Shown in pieces: positions 37,697 through 46,638 of a DNA stretch of 64,000 nt. The stretch is from a virus. The translations under genes and the position numbers were made by a program. Location of the stretch: IMG/VR virus record IMGVR_UViG_3300042508_000428; one strand, written 5' to 3'. Position 1 is the first letter of the stretch; every line of letters begins with the position of its first letter. The notes beneath the pieces were generated by a model that saw only the letters and a program-made list of their open reading frames with translations, searched no databases and had not been told where the DNA came from.

Positions 37697-38517
37697 ATGT
37701 TCTTGGACTTGGTAAAGGCGGTTGTTCTATCGCTGATTTGTTCTCTCAGTATCCAGAGTACAAGGTTTTCAAAGCAGATGCTGGAATAAAAGGTAAAAAT
37801 TGTCTTACAATTCCACAATGTTCTTCGATCGAACAATATGAAGAGAAACTACCAGAGTTTAAACAACTCTCAAAGTTAAAAGGAGAGACTCTATTTGTTA
37901 TTTGTGGTGGCGGAAATGTATCAGGAGCAACCCTAAAACTACTAGAGCAGGTAAAACATACAGAAATAACAATTCTTTATATTCGTCCAGATCCGAACCT
38001 TATCTCGGCAGAAATAGCAATGAAAGATAAAGTTACTTTTGGCATTCTACAGGAATTTACCAGGAGTAGCTTATTTAAGAAAATGATTCTGATCTCAAAT
38101 TCTCAGGTTGAAAATCTACTTGGTGGATTATCGGTAATGGAATATTATGATAGTCTAAACAAGGTAATTGTTTCGACTCTCCACATGACAAATTACCTCT
38201 TGACAGCAAATAATGTCTTTGGTAAGATGTCAGCGGAAAGAGACTTGGACAGAATTTCTACTATTGGCATCGTAAACAACGAAGACGGAACAGAGAGTTA
38301 TTTATATAACCTTGATTCACCAAGGCAAAAAATATTTCTCTATGCTATTAAAGAGAGTGACTTGACAACAAACAAAGAGTTGATTAAGATGATTCAACAG
38401 CAGACGAAAAGTTCGTACTCTGGTACAGAATTGGATATTTCATACAAAATCACAACGACAAACTATGAATCCAATTTTGTTTACATTATTTCAAATACCA
38501 ACATTATACAACAATAA
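37693..38517 (+). CDS. Tubulin/FtsZ-like GTPase-domain protein
   Basis: N-terminal VLGLGKGGCSIA (T1-like), FVICGGGNVSGAT (GGGTGSG-like T4 loop), ILYIRPD, ILISNSQV. Confidence 0.7.
   Translation: MNVLGLGKGGCSIADLFSQYPEYKVFKADAGIKGKNCLTIPQCSSIEQYEEKLPEFKQLSKLKGETLFVICGGGNVSGATLKLLEQVKHTEITILYIRPDPNLISAEIAMKDKVTFGILQEFTRSSLFKKMILISNSQVENLLGGLSVMEYYDSLNKVIVSTLHMTNYLLTANNVFGKMSAERDLDRISTIGIVNNEDGTESYLYNLDSPRQKIFLYAIKESDLTTNKELIKMIQQQTKSSYSGTELDISYKITTTNYESNFVYIISNTNIIQQ
38200..38228 (+). promoter_or_regulatory. Intragenic sigma70 promoter TTGACA-17-TAAGAT
   Basis: Inside tubulin-like gene, upstream of SSB. Confidence 0.55.
38362..38390 (+). promoter_or_regulatory. Second intragenic sigma70 promoter TTGACA-17-TAAGAT
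   Basis: Inside tubulin-like gene, upstream of SSB. Confidence 0.55.
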
Positions 38518-38528
38518 AGGAAAAAACA

Positions 38529-39278
38529 ATGGCTATTGACATTAAAAAAATGCGTGAAAAACTAAATAACCTCAATAACAAAAGTGGCGCAAAAGGTAAG
38601 ACCACACAATACTGGAAACCAGTTGATGGTGCGGATTCAACCATCCGTATTCTTCCAACTGATGACGGTGATCCTCTAAAGGAGTTCTATTTCCATTATC
38701 TTCGCACCGAGAAGAAGTTTCAGAGTGTTCTATGTCCAAAGAAGAACTTTGGTGAGAACTGTCCAATGTGTGATCTCGTTTCCAAACTCTACAAAGAGGG
38801 CGACGAGGAAAGTCGTAAGCTCGCCAAGGATATGACTGCCAAGCAGAGATTTTTCTCTCCAATCATCGTTCGCGGTGAAGTTGAGAAGGGTGCCCAAATC
38901 TGGGGATACTCCAAGACCATCTACGAAGAACTACTCAAGTTGATGCTCAACCCTGAGTATGGCGATATTACTGACACTGACGAAGGTTTGGACTTGGTTG
39001 TGTCTGTGTCTAAAAAGTCAGGTAAACTCTATCCCGAGACCAGTTTGACACCAAAACGTAAATCTTCTCCTCTTGCTGACAAGAAAGAGACAATTACCGA
39101 ACTAGTTAATCATGGAACTGATTTCGACTCGTTGTTCGAGCGAAAAACAGCAAGTCAAGTTGCCGAGATCCTTGATGAATTCCTTAATGGACCGAGCGAT
39201 GAAGGAGGTGATCCCACCAATGCTACGGACGATGGCGGTCAAGATTTAGATTCCGCCCTTAAAGATCTTAATGTTTAG
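38529..39278 (+). CDS. Single-stranded DNA-binding protein (T4 gp32-like)
   Basis: YWKP, TIRILP, HY...CP.....CPMCD zinc site, IWGYSK, EYGDITD, acidic C-terminal tail. Confidence 0.9.
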   Translation: MAIDIKKMREKLNNLNNKSGAKGKTTQYWKPVDGADSTIRILPTDDGDPLKEFYFHYLRTEKKFQSVLCPKKNFGENCPMCDLVSKLYKEGDEESRKLAKDMTAKQRFFSPIIVRGEVEKGAQIWGYSKTIYEELLKLMLNPEYGDITDTDEGLDLVVSVSKKSGKLYPETSLTPKRKSSPLADKKETITELVNHGTDFDSLFERKTASQVAEILDEFLNGPSDEGGDPTNATDDGGQDLDSALKDLNV

Positions 39279-39281
39279 CAC

Positions 39282-39310
39282 TTGACTAATTGGGGTTGGT
39301 AGGGTAAAAT
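39282..39310 (+). promoter_or_regulatory. sigma70 promoter TTGACT-17-TAAAAT overlapping a terminator
   Basis: -10 lies in the loop of the 39293-39326 hairpin; precedes recA. Confidence 0.7.
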
Positions 39311-39326
39311 CTACCAACCCTTTTTA
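39293..39326 (+). terminator. Intrinsic terminator after SSB
   Basis: GGGTTGGTAG / CTACCAACCC perfect 10-bp stem, T6 tract. Confidence 0.85.
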
Positions 39327-39338
39327 TTTGGAGACAAA

Positions 39339-40493
39339 ATGGCAAACGTAAAAAAGAAAGATAAAGAAACAAAAGGCAGAGTGTCTATTCAACAAATGAG
39401 AGATATTCTCAACAAAAAGGCTGGCGCGGTGGTCGCATACAGTCTAGAAGAGTCTAATCCAACTGATGTAGATGAATGGATTCCGACAGGTTCTCGATGG
39501 TTAGATTCTATTATCTGTAAAGGTAAGATCTCTGGTATTCCAATGGGCAAGATTGTTGAACTTGCTGGTTTGGAAGCAGCAGGTAAATCTTATATGGCAG
39601 CACAAATCGCAGCACATGCACAACAAAAGGGTATTGACGTAGTCTATTTCGATTCAGAGTCTGCAATCGCTTCAGACTTCATGGAGAAGGTTGGTTGTGA
39701 TCTATCCACTCTACTTTATGTTCAGGCAAGATCAGTTGAGTTTGTGTTAGAAACAATTGAAGAACTTCTCGCAAACAACCAAAATAAGATGTTGTTTATT
39801 TGGGACTCGATTGCATTTACACCAACAGAGACAGACGTAGAGGGAGACTTCGATCCACAATCATCAATGGCAGTCAAACCGAGAATTTTATCAAAAGCAT
39901 TCTCGAAACTGATTCAACCTTTGGCAAATAGCGGCAGCACCCTGCTCTGCCTCAACCAGTTGAAAACAAACATCACCAGAAGCCCGCAAGAGGCCCTTCT
40001 AAACCCGTATTTTACTCCAGGCGGTAAAGCCTTGGCTTATGCTTATTCTCTTCGCATTTGGCTCACAGCGAGAAAAGGAAAGGCAAGTTTCATTCTTAAT
40101 GATGCTGGGTTCAGAATTGGTAATGAGGTCAAAGCAAAGATTGAGAAGTCCAGATTTGGTACACAAGGTCGAGAATGTACATTCAAAATTCTTTGGGGTG
40201 GTGACGACATTGCGATTCAAGATGAAGAATCTTGGTTTGAGGCAATTAAAAACTCTGACAAACTAAAACAATCTGGTGCTTGGTATACTTTGGTATTTGA
40301 AGACGGAAAAGAAGTTAAGTTCCAATCAAAAGATTGGATTGACAAGTTAAAAGACAAAGAGTTTAGAGAACAAGTATTAAGATTGATGGATAAAGAAGTA
40401 ATCCAGAAGTTCGATTCAAGAGAAGGAAATGCTAAGAACTTCTACAATATCGACGGAGAGGATGAAGAAGAAGTAGAACTTGATGAAGAATAA
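39339..40493 (+). CDS. recA: RecA/UvsX recombinase
   Basis: IPTGS, GKIVELAGLEAAGKS Walker A, YFDSE, IWDS, LNQL, TPGGKAL. Confidence 0.95.
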   Translation: MANVKKKDKETKGRVSIQQMRDILNKKAGAVVAYSLEESNPTDVDEWIPTGSRWLDSIICKGKISGIPMGKIVELAGLEAAGKSYMAAQIAAHAQQKGIDVVYFDSESAIASDFMEKVGCDLSTLLYVQARSVEFVLETIEELLANNQNKMLFIWDSIAFTPTETDVEGDFDPQSSMAVKPRILSKAFSKLIQPLANSGSTLLCLNQLKTNITRSPQEALLNPYFTPGGKALAYAYSLRIWLTARKGKASFILNDAGFRIGNEVKAKIEKSRFGTQGRECTFKILWGGDDIAIQDEESWFEAIKNSDKLKQSGAWYTLVFEDGKEVKFQSKDWIDKLKDKEFREQVLRLMDKEVIQKFDSREGNAKNFYNIDGEDEEEVELDEE

Positions 40494-40499
40494 TCTTGC

Positions 40500-40529
40500 T
40501 TGACAAGAAGCCCAAGGTTGGACTATAAT
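40500..40529 (+). promoter_or_regulatory. sigma70 promoter TTGACA-18-TATAAT overlapping a terminator
   Basis: Consensus hexamers; -10 lies in the loop of the 40511-40549 hairpin. Confidence 0.75.
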
Positions 40530-40549
40530 GGTTCCACCTTGGGTTTTTT
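40511..40549 (+). terminator. Intrinsic terminator after recA
   Basis: CCCAAGGT(T)GGA / TCCACCTTGGG stem, T6 tract. Confidence 0.8.
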
Positions 40550-40562
40550 ATTAGGAGTTGAC

Positions 40563-40838
40563 ATGTCCGATATACACCGAAAACAACTTGAAAATCTTGG
40601 AAGCATAAAAGTTACAAAGATTAAAGAAAAGAAAGATGGATCAGCAAAGATCACTTTCAGTGTTAGTGAAGACTTCATAAGGTCTTACAATGAACTTTAT
40701 CATCTGGCAGAATGGGATCAGAAACACTTTGAGCAAACAATGATCTCTGCTGTTGGAGAAGCAATGGTAAAAGAAAGCAGAAAGAACGAACAAGACCCTG
40801 ATTTTCTGTGGTCTCTTCCAAAGGATAATAATGAGTAA
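40563..40838 (+). CDS. Hypothetical protein
   Basis: Start re-assigned to ATG 40563 after AGGAG. Confidence 0.65.
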   Translation: MSDIHRKQLENLGSIKVTKIKEKKDGSAKITFSVSEDFIRSYNELYHLAEWDQKHFEQTMISAVGEAMVKESRKNEQDPDFLWSLPKDNNE

Positions 40839-41802
40839 TATATTAATAATTGATGGATTAAATCTATTTTTCCGAGCATATATGATGGATCCCTCACTTG
40901 GTCCAAATGGTCAACCAACGGGAGGAATTAAAGGTACATTTAAAATGATGCAGAAACTTATTCGGGAAAACAATCCTGACAAGATTTATTTCTGCTGGGA
41001 TGGCCCTAAGTCAGCAATTCGTAGGCGAGCAGTAAACAGCAACTATAAGGAAGGGCGAAAACCTATTCGTCTAAATAGAAATTTTGGTGATCTCACCGAA
41101 GAAGATGAGAAGCAAAATCGTTATTGGCAATACGGTAGAGTAGTAGAATATTTGAACCAAATGCCGATCGCTCAGATCTATCTTGATTTTGTAGAAGCAG
41201 ACGATGCTATTTCGGTTCTCTGCCGTGAATTGTCGGCAGATAAAAAGACAATCGTGTCTAACGACAAAGACTTCTTGCAACTCTTAGATCCAAATACCTT
41301 TCTATATCGTCCATGTAAAGAAGAAATTTACGATGTAGAAAAAGTAGTAGGCGAATATGATATTCATCCAACAAATTTTGCTTTAGCAAGAGCAGTTGTT
41401 GGAGATGCCTCGGATAATTTACCGGGAGCAAAAGGTGTTGGTCTAAAAACAATGGCAAAGAAGTTTCCACAACTTAAAGAAGAAAAGTCTGTGATGTTGA
41501 CGGAAATCTTCGACATGTGTAAGAATGACCCAAAGCCAATGAAGATTCACGAATCAATTCTGGAATCAGAGAAACTTATTAAAGACAACTATGATATGAT
41601 GCAACTTTATGCTCCCTCTCTTTCTATTGATGTGAGAGAGAAAATTCGTGGCATCATTGATGAGTATCCTGTTGGGTTTAATAAAACCAATCTTCGCATG
41701 ATGATGATGCAAGATGGAACTGGTAATTTCTCTTGGACAGAATTGTTTTCAAATCTAAATATGATTTCAATAACATCGAAGGTAAAGAATGAGCAACAAT
41801 AA
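40831..41802 (+). CDS. 5'-3' exonuclease / flap endonuclease (T4 RNase H or Pol I 5' domain family)
   Basis: LIIDGLNLFFRAY, EADDAI, IVSNDKDFLQL, GDASDNLPGAKGVGLKT. Confidence 0.92.
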   Translation: MSNILIIDGLNLFFRAYMMDPSLGPNGQPTGGIKGTFKMMQKLIRENNPDKIYFCWDGPKSAIRRRAVNSNYKEGRKPIRLNRNFGDLTEEDEKQNRYWQYGRVVEYLNQMPIAQIYLDFVEADDAISVLCRELSADKKTIVSNDKDFLQLLDPNTFLYRPCKEEIYDVEKVVGEYDIHPTNFALARAVVGDASDNLPGAKGVGLKTMAKKFPQLKEEKSVMLTEIFDMCKNDPKPMKIHESILESEKLIKDNYDMMQLYAPSLSIDVREKIRGIIDEYPVGFNKTNLRMMMMQDGTGNFSWTELFSNLNMISITSKVKNEQQ

Positions 41803-43153
41803 TCAATTAGACTTCTCAAAGTTTGGTAAATCTTTCCAAGAGAAACTCGCACAATTGATGTTTTCAGATCGGCAATTTGCTGATCAACTCAGAGAGGTTC
41901 TTGACCTGAACTTCTTTGAGTTAAAGTATTTGCAGTTGTTCTGTAAGAAGTTATTTGATTACAGAGACAAGTATGATATGTATCCGTCAGCCAACATTAT
42001 GTCCACAATCTTGCGGACAGAACTGGAAGACGACAATGATGCTCTAAATAAGCAAGTAAGAGATTACTTTGCTCGTATCACGGCATCACCAGAAATTGAT
42101 GATGAAGATTATATCAAGGACACTTCACTTGATTTCTGCCGTCGTCAAAAAATTAAGGAAGCCCTTGTTAAGTCTGCTGGACTTATGAATAAGTCGAACA
42201 CTCTTGATGAGATTGGTGTCATTGTAACCTCCGCTCTTAAACTTGGTACGGACAACAACTATGGGTATGATTACAAACTTGATTTTGAAAAAAGATTCAT
42301 GCTCAAAGAGCGCAATCCAGTTTCTACTGGATGGGAAAGAGTGGACAAGATTACTCAAGGTGGGCTTGGAAGAGGAGAGTTGGGTGTTGTTATTGCTCCA
42401 ACTGGCGCTGGTAAGTCTATGGCCTTGGTTCATCTTGGAGCTATGGCAGTTAAAGCTGGCTTACAAGTCGTTCATTACACTCTTGAACTCTCCGATACAG
42501 TTGTGGCAAGTCGATATGATTCTTGCTTAACTGGAGTACCACTTAAAGATCTAATGGATCAAAAAGAATATATTCTTGAAGAAGTTAAGAATGTCAAAGG
42601 TAAACTAATCATTAAAGAATATCCAACAAAGTCAGCAAGCACTTCTGTAATTAAGAATCATCTAAAGCGTGTTGTATCGGCAGGACAAAAGGTTGATATG
42701 ATTATTGTTGACTATGGCGATCTTCTCAATCCGACTGTGCGCTACAAAGAAAAAAGAACAGAACTGGAAACTATCTACGAAGAATTACGAGCAATCGCAA
42801 TGGAATTTATCTGCCCAGTGTGGACTGCTTCACAAACAAATCGTTCTGGTTTAAATGCAGAAGTTGTTACAATGGAATCAATCTCGGAGGCATTTAACAA
42901 GTGTTTCGTAGCCGACTTTATCTTCTCTGTATCAAGAACAGTAGATGATAAGAAAACTAACTCTGGTCGTATCTTTATTGCAAAGAACCGTAATGGCCCA
43001 GACGGAATTGTAATGCCACTTTATATGGATACTGCGATTGTTAAGATGGAAGTGCTCGAAGATCAAAAGGAGGAAGATGTAATCCAAACAAAAATCAAAA
43101 AACCAAGAAACAAGAAACAGGAAATTTTTGAGAAGTTCAGGACTCCAAAATGA
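41789..43153 (+). CDS. Replicative DnaB-family helicase (T4 gp41-like)
   Basis: GELGVVIAPTGAGKS, HYTLEL, IIKEYPT, IIVDYGDL, WTASQTNR, IAKNRNG. Confidence 0.93.
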   Translation: MSNNNQLDFSKFGKSFQEKLAQLMFSDRQFADQLREVLDLNFFELKYLQLFCKKLFDYRDKYDMYPSANIMSTILRTELEDDNDALNKQVRDYFARITASPEIDDEDYIKDTSLDFCRRQKIKEALVKSAGLMNKSNTLDEIGVIVTSALKLGTDNNYGYDYKLDFEKRFMLKERNPVSTGWERVDKITQGGLGRGELGVVIAPTGAGKSMALVHLGAMAVKAGLQVVHYTLELSDTVVASRYDSCLTGVPLKDLMDQKEYILEEVKNVKGKLIIKEYPTKSASTSVIKNHLKRVVSAGQKVDMIIVDYGDLLNPTVRYKEKRTELETIYEELRAIAMEFICPVWTASQTNRSGLNAEVVTMESISEAFNKCFVADFIFSVSRTVDDKKTNSGRIFIAKNRNGPDGIVMPLYMDTAIVKMEVLEDQKEEDVIQTKIKKPRNKKQEIFEKFRTPK

Positions 43154-43159
43154 TTTGAT

Positions 43160-43168
43160 ACTATTTAC
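43160..43168 (+). promoter_or_regulatory. Putative late promoter motif ACTATTTAC
   Basis: 30 nt before ATG 43190. Confidence 0.65.
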
Positions 43169-43189
43169 TAGTACATTGAGGAGAAATCT

Positions 43190-43918
43190 ATGGAAGCTAA
43201 GTTTTTAAGAAAAATTATTTTAGAAGAACTAAAAAAAGTTTTAAAAGAAGTTGATTACCCAGATATTCCAGGATCAGAACCGGGACAAACAAAGAGTCCT
43301 TATCAAAAAGGTGCGACATCTAGAACGTCGAGACCAGCGATTAGTCGAAACGCAGTAGAAATTATGAAAATTCAAAGAGCTTTAAGAAAAATAATGGGAG
43401 AAGAATATAGAAGTTCTTGGCCCCAGGTTAATGGTAAACTAGATAAGCGTACAAGCAGACTTATAAAAATACTTTATCCAAGATTAAACCTTGATAAAAT
43501 TACAAATTTCAGAGCTTTATCTGCGGTTTTCGAACAGAGAGTTCAAAGAGGTGGTACATCAATAGCTGGAGAAACTTTTGATCAAATTCTTGATAAAGCA
43601 GTTGCTGCAGCGGAGCAACGAAGAGCAAGTGCTTCTGCTGGAATGGGTAAAGATACAGAAATTACCGCCGATTCACCAATGCCCACTAATGATTCAGGTC
43701 TACCAAAATCTCCTGATGATGTTTATGTACCGTTCACCGATAAAGAAACAATGGATAAAATGATTGGACCAAAAAAAGGATTTACCAGAGACCCTGATGC
43801 ATTAAAAGATACTGGTCCTAAAAAAGGAGAAGAAGAAGATATTAAAGTTAACTTACAAGATCCAATGAAACAAGAAGCATTAGTTAGAGCAATCAGCAAA
43901 CTTCTCAAAAAACTCTAA
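43190..43918 (+). CDS. Putative internal head protein with IILEE...LKE leader
   Basis: MEAKFLRKIILEELKKVLKE; late motif; inserted between helicase and RNR. Confidence 0.55.
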   Translation: MEAKFLRKIILEELKKVLKEVDYPDIPGSEPGQTKSPYQKGATSRTSRPAISRNAVEIMKIQRALRKIMGEEYRSSWPQVNGKLDKRTSRLIKILYPRLNLDKITNFRALSAVFEQRVQRGGTSIAGETFDQILDKAVAAAEQRRASASAGMGKDTEITADSPMPTNDSGLPKSPDDVYVPFTDKETMDKMIGPKKGFTRDPDALKDTGPKKGEEEDIKVNLQDPMKQEALVRAISKLLKKL

Positions 43919-43919
43919 C

Positions 43920-43948
43920 TTGACAATCAATTACAATTAAATTATACT
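43920..43948 (+). promoter_or_regulatory. sigma70 promoter TTGACA-17-TATACT
   Basis: Precedes RNR. Confidence 0.75.
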
Positions 43949-43975
43949 AACTGACACTACACAACAGAGGTCTTA

Positions 43976-45832
43976 ATGGATGTTTCACAAAAAATTTTAA
44001 GCGATATCACTCATCACATGAAGTATGCTCGCTTTATGAAAGATGAGTTTAGAAGAGAGCAATACGAAGATACAGTTAAAAGAAATATGGAGATGCATAT
44101 TAAGAAGCATCCACAACTAGAGCAAGAAATTAGACAAGCATACGAATTTGTATTTGATCGCAAAGTTCTTCCCTCAATGAGATCAATGCAATTTGGCGGA
44201 AGACCAATTGAAGTTAATCCAACAAGAATTTTCAATTGTGCTTTCGTTGCGATTGATGATGTAAGAGCATTTAATGAAGTCATGTTCCTTCTTCTTGGTG
44301 GAACTGGTGTTGGATATTCAGTTCAAAAACACCATGTTGAGAAACTACCAGAACTTCATAAACCAAATCCAAAGAGAACTCGTCGTTTTTTGATTGGCGA
44401 TAGCATTGAAGGTTGGGCAGATTCAATCAAGGCTTTAATGAGATCATATTTCGAAGGAGGATCAAAGGTCGTATTTGACTTCAGTGATATTCGTCCAAAA
44501 GGAGCAAGACTAGTTACTGCTGGCGGTAAAGCACCTGGTCCTCAACCACTTAGAGAATGCCTACTTAAAGTAGAAGGTATTTTGGAGAGTAAACAAGATG
44601 GAGATAAACTTGAACCAATTGAAGTACACGATATTGTCTGCCACATCGCAGATGCAGTATTGGCAGGAGGAATCCGTCGTTCTGCTCTTATCTGTTTATT
44701 TAGCGCAGATGATGACGAAATGATTTCATCCAAGTCTGGTCACTGGTGGGAAACTGCTCCACAAAGAGGTAGAGCAAATAACTCAGCAGTTATTCTAAGA
44801 CACAGAGTAACCAAAGATTACTTTATGGATCTATGGGCAAGAATTAAAGCATCTGGAGCGGGTGAACCAGGAATATTCTTTACAAACGATAAAGAATGGG
44901 GAACTAATCCATGCGCCGAGATCGCTCTTCGTAGTAATCAGTTCTGTAATCTATGCGAGGTAAATGTTAGCGATCTTGAATCCCAAGAAGATTACGAGGC
45001 AAGAGTCAAAGCTGCCGCATTTATTGGAACACTTCAGGCAACTTATACTGATTTTCACTATCTGCGCGATGTTTGGCGTCGTACAACAGAAAAAGAAGCT
45101 CTACTTGGCATTGGCATGACTGGTATTGCATCTAATAAAGTTCAAAAGCTTGACATGAAAAAGGCTGCAAAGGTTGCCGTAGAAGAAAACAAGCGTGTTG
45201 CTGGCATACTAGGTATTAATCCCGCTGCTCGCGTAACTACAGTAAAGCCTAGTGGTACTACTTCTTTGATCTTGGGTACTAGTAGTGGTGTCCATGCTTG
45301 GCACAACGACTATTACATTCGTCGTATCCGTGTCGGTAAGAATGAAGCTATCTACTCCTACCTACTACAAAATCATCCAGAGTTGGTAGAAGATGAATAC
45401 TTCCGCCCACATGATACAGCAGTAATTTCTGTTCCACAAAAGGCTCCAGAAGGTGCTACTATGCGAACGGAAACCGCCCTAGAAATGCTTGAAAGAGTTA
45501 AGGACATTCATAGTCGCTGGGTAAAACCAGGACACATTAAAGGTCAAAATACTCACAATGTTTCTGCAACAGTTTCAGTTCGTCAAGAAGAGTGGCAAGA
45601 AGTTGGAGATTGGATGTGGGAGAATAGAGATTCTTATACAGGTCTAAGCGTCCTTCCTTACGATGGTGGTACTTATAAGCAAGCTCCGTTTGAGGATTGT
45701 GATAAAGAAACTTTTGATAGATTGTTTGAATCACTCAAAAACGTTGATCTATCGCAGATTTTTGAGACAGATGACGAAACAAACTTACAAGCAGAATTAG
45801 CTTGTGCTGGTGGCGCTTGCGAAATTAAATAA
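43976..45832 (+). CDS. nrdJ: Class II (B12-dependent) ribonucleotide reductase
   Basis: VLPSMRSMQFGG, FNCAF, TNPCAEI, NLCEVN, TTVKPSGT, C-terminal CAGGACEI; no small subunit nearby. Confidence 0.9.
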   Translation: MDVSQKILSDITHHMKYARFMKDEFRREQYEDTVKRNMEMHIKKHPQLEQEIRQAYEFVFDRKVLPSMRSMQFGGRPIEVNPTRIFNCAFVAIDDVRAFNEVMFLLLGGTGVGYSVQKHHVEKLPELHKPNPKRTRRFLIGDSIEGWADSIKALMRSYFEGGSKVVFDFSDIRPKGARLVTAGGKAPGPQPLRECLLKVEGILESKQDGDKLEPIEVHDIVCHIADAVLAGGIRRSALICLFSADDDEMISSKSGHWWETAPQRGRANNSAVILRHRVTKDYFMDLWARIKASGAGEPGIFFTNDKEWGTNPCAEIALRSNQFCNLCEVNVSDLESQEDYEARVKAAAFIGTLQATYTDFHYLRDVWRRTTEKEALLGIGMTGIASNKVQKLDMKKAAKVAVEENKRVAGILGINPAARVTTVKPSGTTSLILGTSSGVHAWHNDYYIRRIRVGKNEAIYSYLLQNHPELVEDEYFRPHDTAVISVPQKAPEGATMRTETALEMLERVKDIHSRWVKPGHIKGQNTHNVSATVSVRQEEWQEVGDWMWENRDSYTGLSVLPYDGGTYKQAPFEDCDKETFDRLFESLKNVDLSQIFETDDETNLQAELACAGGACEIK

Positions 45833-45840
45833 CTATTTAC
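45832..45840 (+). promoter_or_regulatory. Putative late promoter motif ACTATTTAC
   Basis: 31 nt before ATG 45863. Confidence 0.6.
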
Positions 45841-45862
45841 TACAAGTAAGTGGAGAAATGCG

Positions 45863-46063
45863 ATGGAAATGAGAGACCTTTTTATGCTTGGTTCCTTTAT
45901 TCTAACAATATTGGGAACTTCCTGGAAACTTCATACGGAAATATCTACAATCAAAATAACACTAGAAAGGTTGGCAACAAGATTTGAAGATGTTGCTAAG
46001 TTAGAAAAAAGAATTGACCGCCTTGAAAAGAAAGTATTTCATTTAGACAACGAAGACAATTAA
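45863..46063 (+). CDS. Small single-TM coiled-coil protein (holin-like candidate)
   Basis: N-terminal hydrophobic helix, heptad C-terminus, late motif, GGAG SD. Confidence 0.4.
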   Translation: MEMRDLFMLGSFILTILGTSWKLHTEISTIKITLERLATRFEDVAKLEKRIDRLEKKVFHLDNEDN

Positions 46064-46067
46064 CCAC

Positions 46068-46096
46068 TTGACAGCAATACCTCCCCGAGCTACAAT
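46068..46096 (+). promoter_or_regulatory. sigma70 promoter TTGACA-17-TACAAT
   Basis: Precedes the 46133-47150 operon. Confidence 0.75.
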
Positions 46097-46132
46097 GACT
46101 CTACATTGTGGCTCTTTTCATTTGGAGGAAGT

Positions 46133-46375
46133 ATGAGTGAGAAAACAAAAGAAGAAAGAATTGTTGATTATGTTATGTCTGTCGCCGCGTTAGACGATGC
46201 TATGAAACCTTATAAAGAGCAGAAGGCAGAATTACGCAAGTCTTATCTAGAAAACAAGTGGTTGACCAAAGATGAAATCAAGACTGCTCTTAAAGCATAT
46301 CGTCTTCGCAAAGACAAAACTGATATTGATGAATTAAATCAAATGTTTGACATGATGCCAGACGAGGAGGATTAA
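46133..46375 (+). CDS. Small helical dsDNA-binding protein (T4 DsbA/GapR-like)
   Basis: 80 aa; YKEQKAELRKSY...IKTALKAYRL pattern; GGAGG SD. Confidence 0.5.
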   Translation: MSEKTKEERIVDYVMSVAALDDAMKPYKEQKAELRKSYLENKWLTKDEIKTALKAYRLRKDKTDIDELNQMFDMMPDEED

Positions 46376-46638
46376 TGGAGTTCACGCCAGCAGAAGGATA
46401 CATTTATATTAAAGAATCACAAGAGGAAGAAGAGGTAAACGGCAACTTTGCTTGGGGAAGACCAAGCGGAGATTTGACTGCTGTAAAAGTTCTCGCAAGC
46501 GATCCAAAGACAAGGACATATATAAATGGTGATACTGTAATCGTTATTACAACAATGATTCAAGAGTTTGAATACAAGAAGAACAAATTTAAAATCTGTC
46601 CATCAACGGCAGTAATCGGCAAAATCCACGAGGAATAA
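46375..46638 (+). CDS. Divergent GroES-like co-chaperonin
   Basis: 87 aa; FTPAEGYIYIK...VKVLA...GDTVIV...EFEY..K.KI...AVIGKI follows the GroES strand order. Confidence 0.5.
   Translation: MEFTPAEGYIYIKESQEEEEVNGNFAWGRPSGDLTAVKVLASDPKTRTYINGDTVIVITTMIQEFEYKKNKFKICPSTAVIGKIHEE

Noticed and set aside
37693-38517. Phage-nucleus (chimallin/PhuZ) lifestyle inferred from the tubulin-like gene
   Set aside because: No chimallin or multisubunit RNAP genes in the window, and the core genes are T4-type with host-sigma promoters
40500-40562. ORF-track upstream starts (1082, 9605, 16511, 40500, 46106, 51211, 55665, 61210)
   Set aside because: They run through promoters, terminators or upstream genes; downstream ATGs with clear SD or stop-start coupling fit better
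43330-43500. Peptidoglycan-binding-domain resemblance (IMKIQRAL...VNGKLDKRT) in 43190
   Set aside because: Too degenerate to call without a profile search
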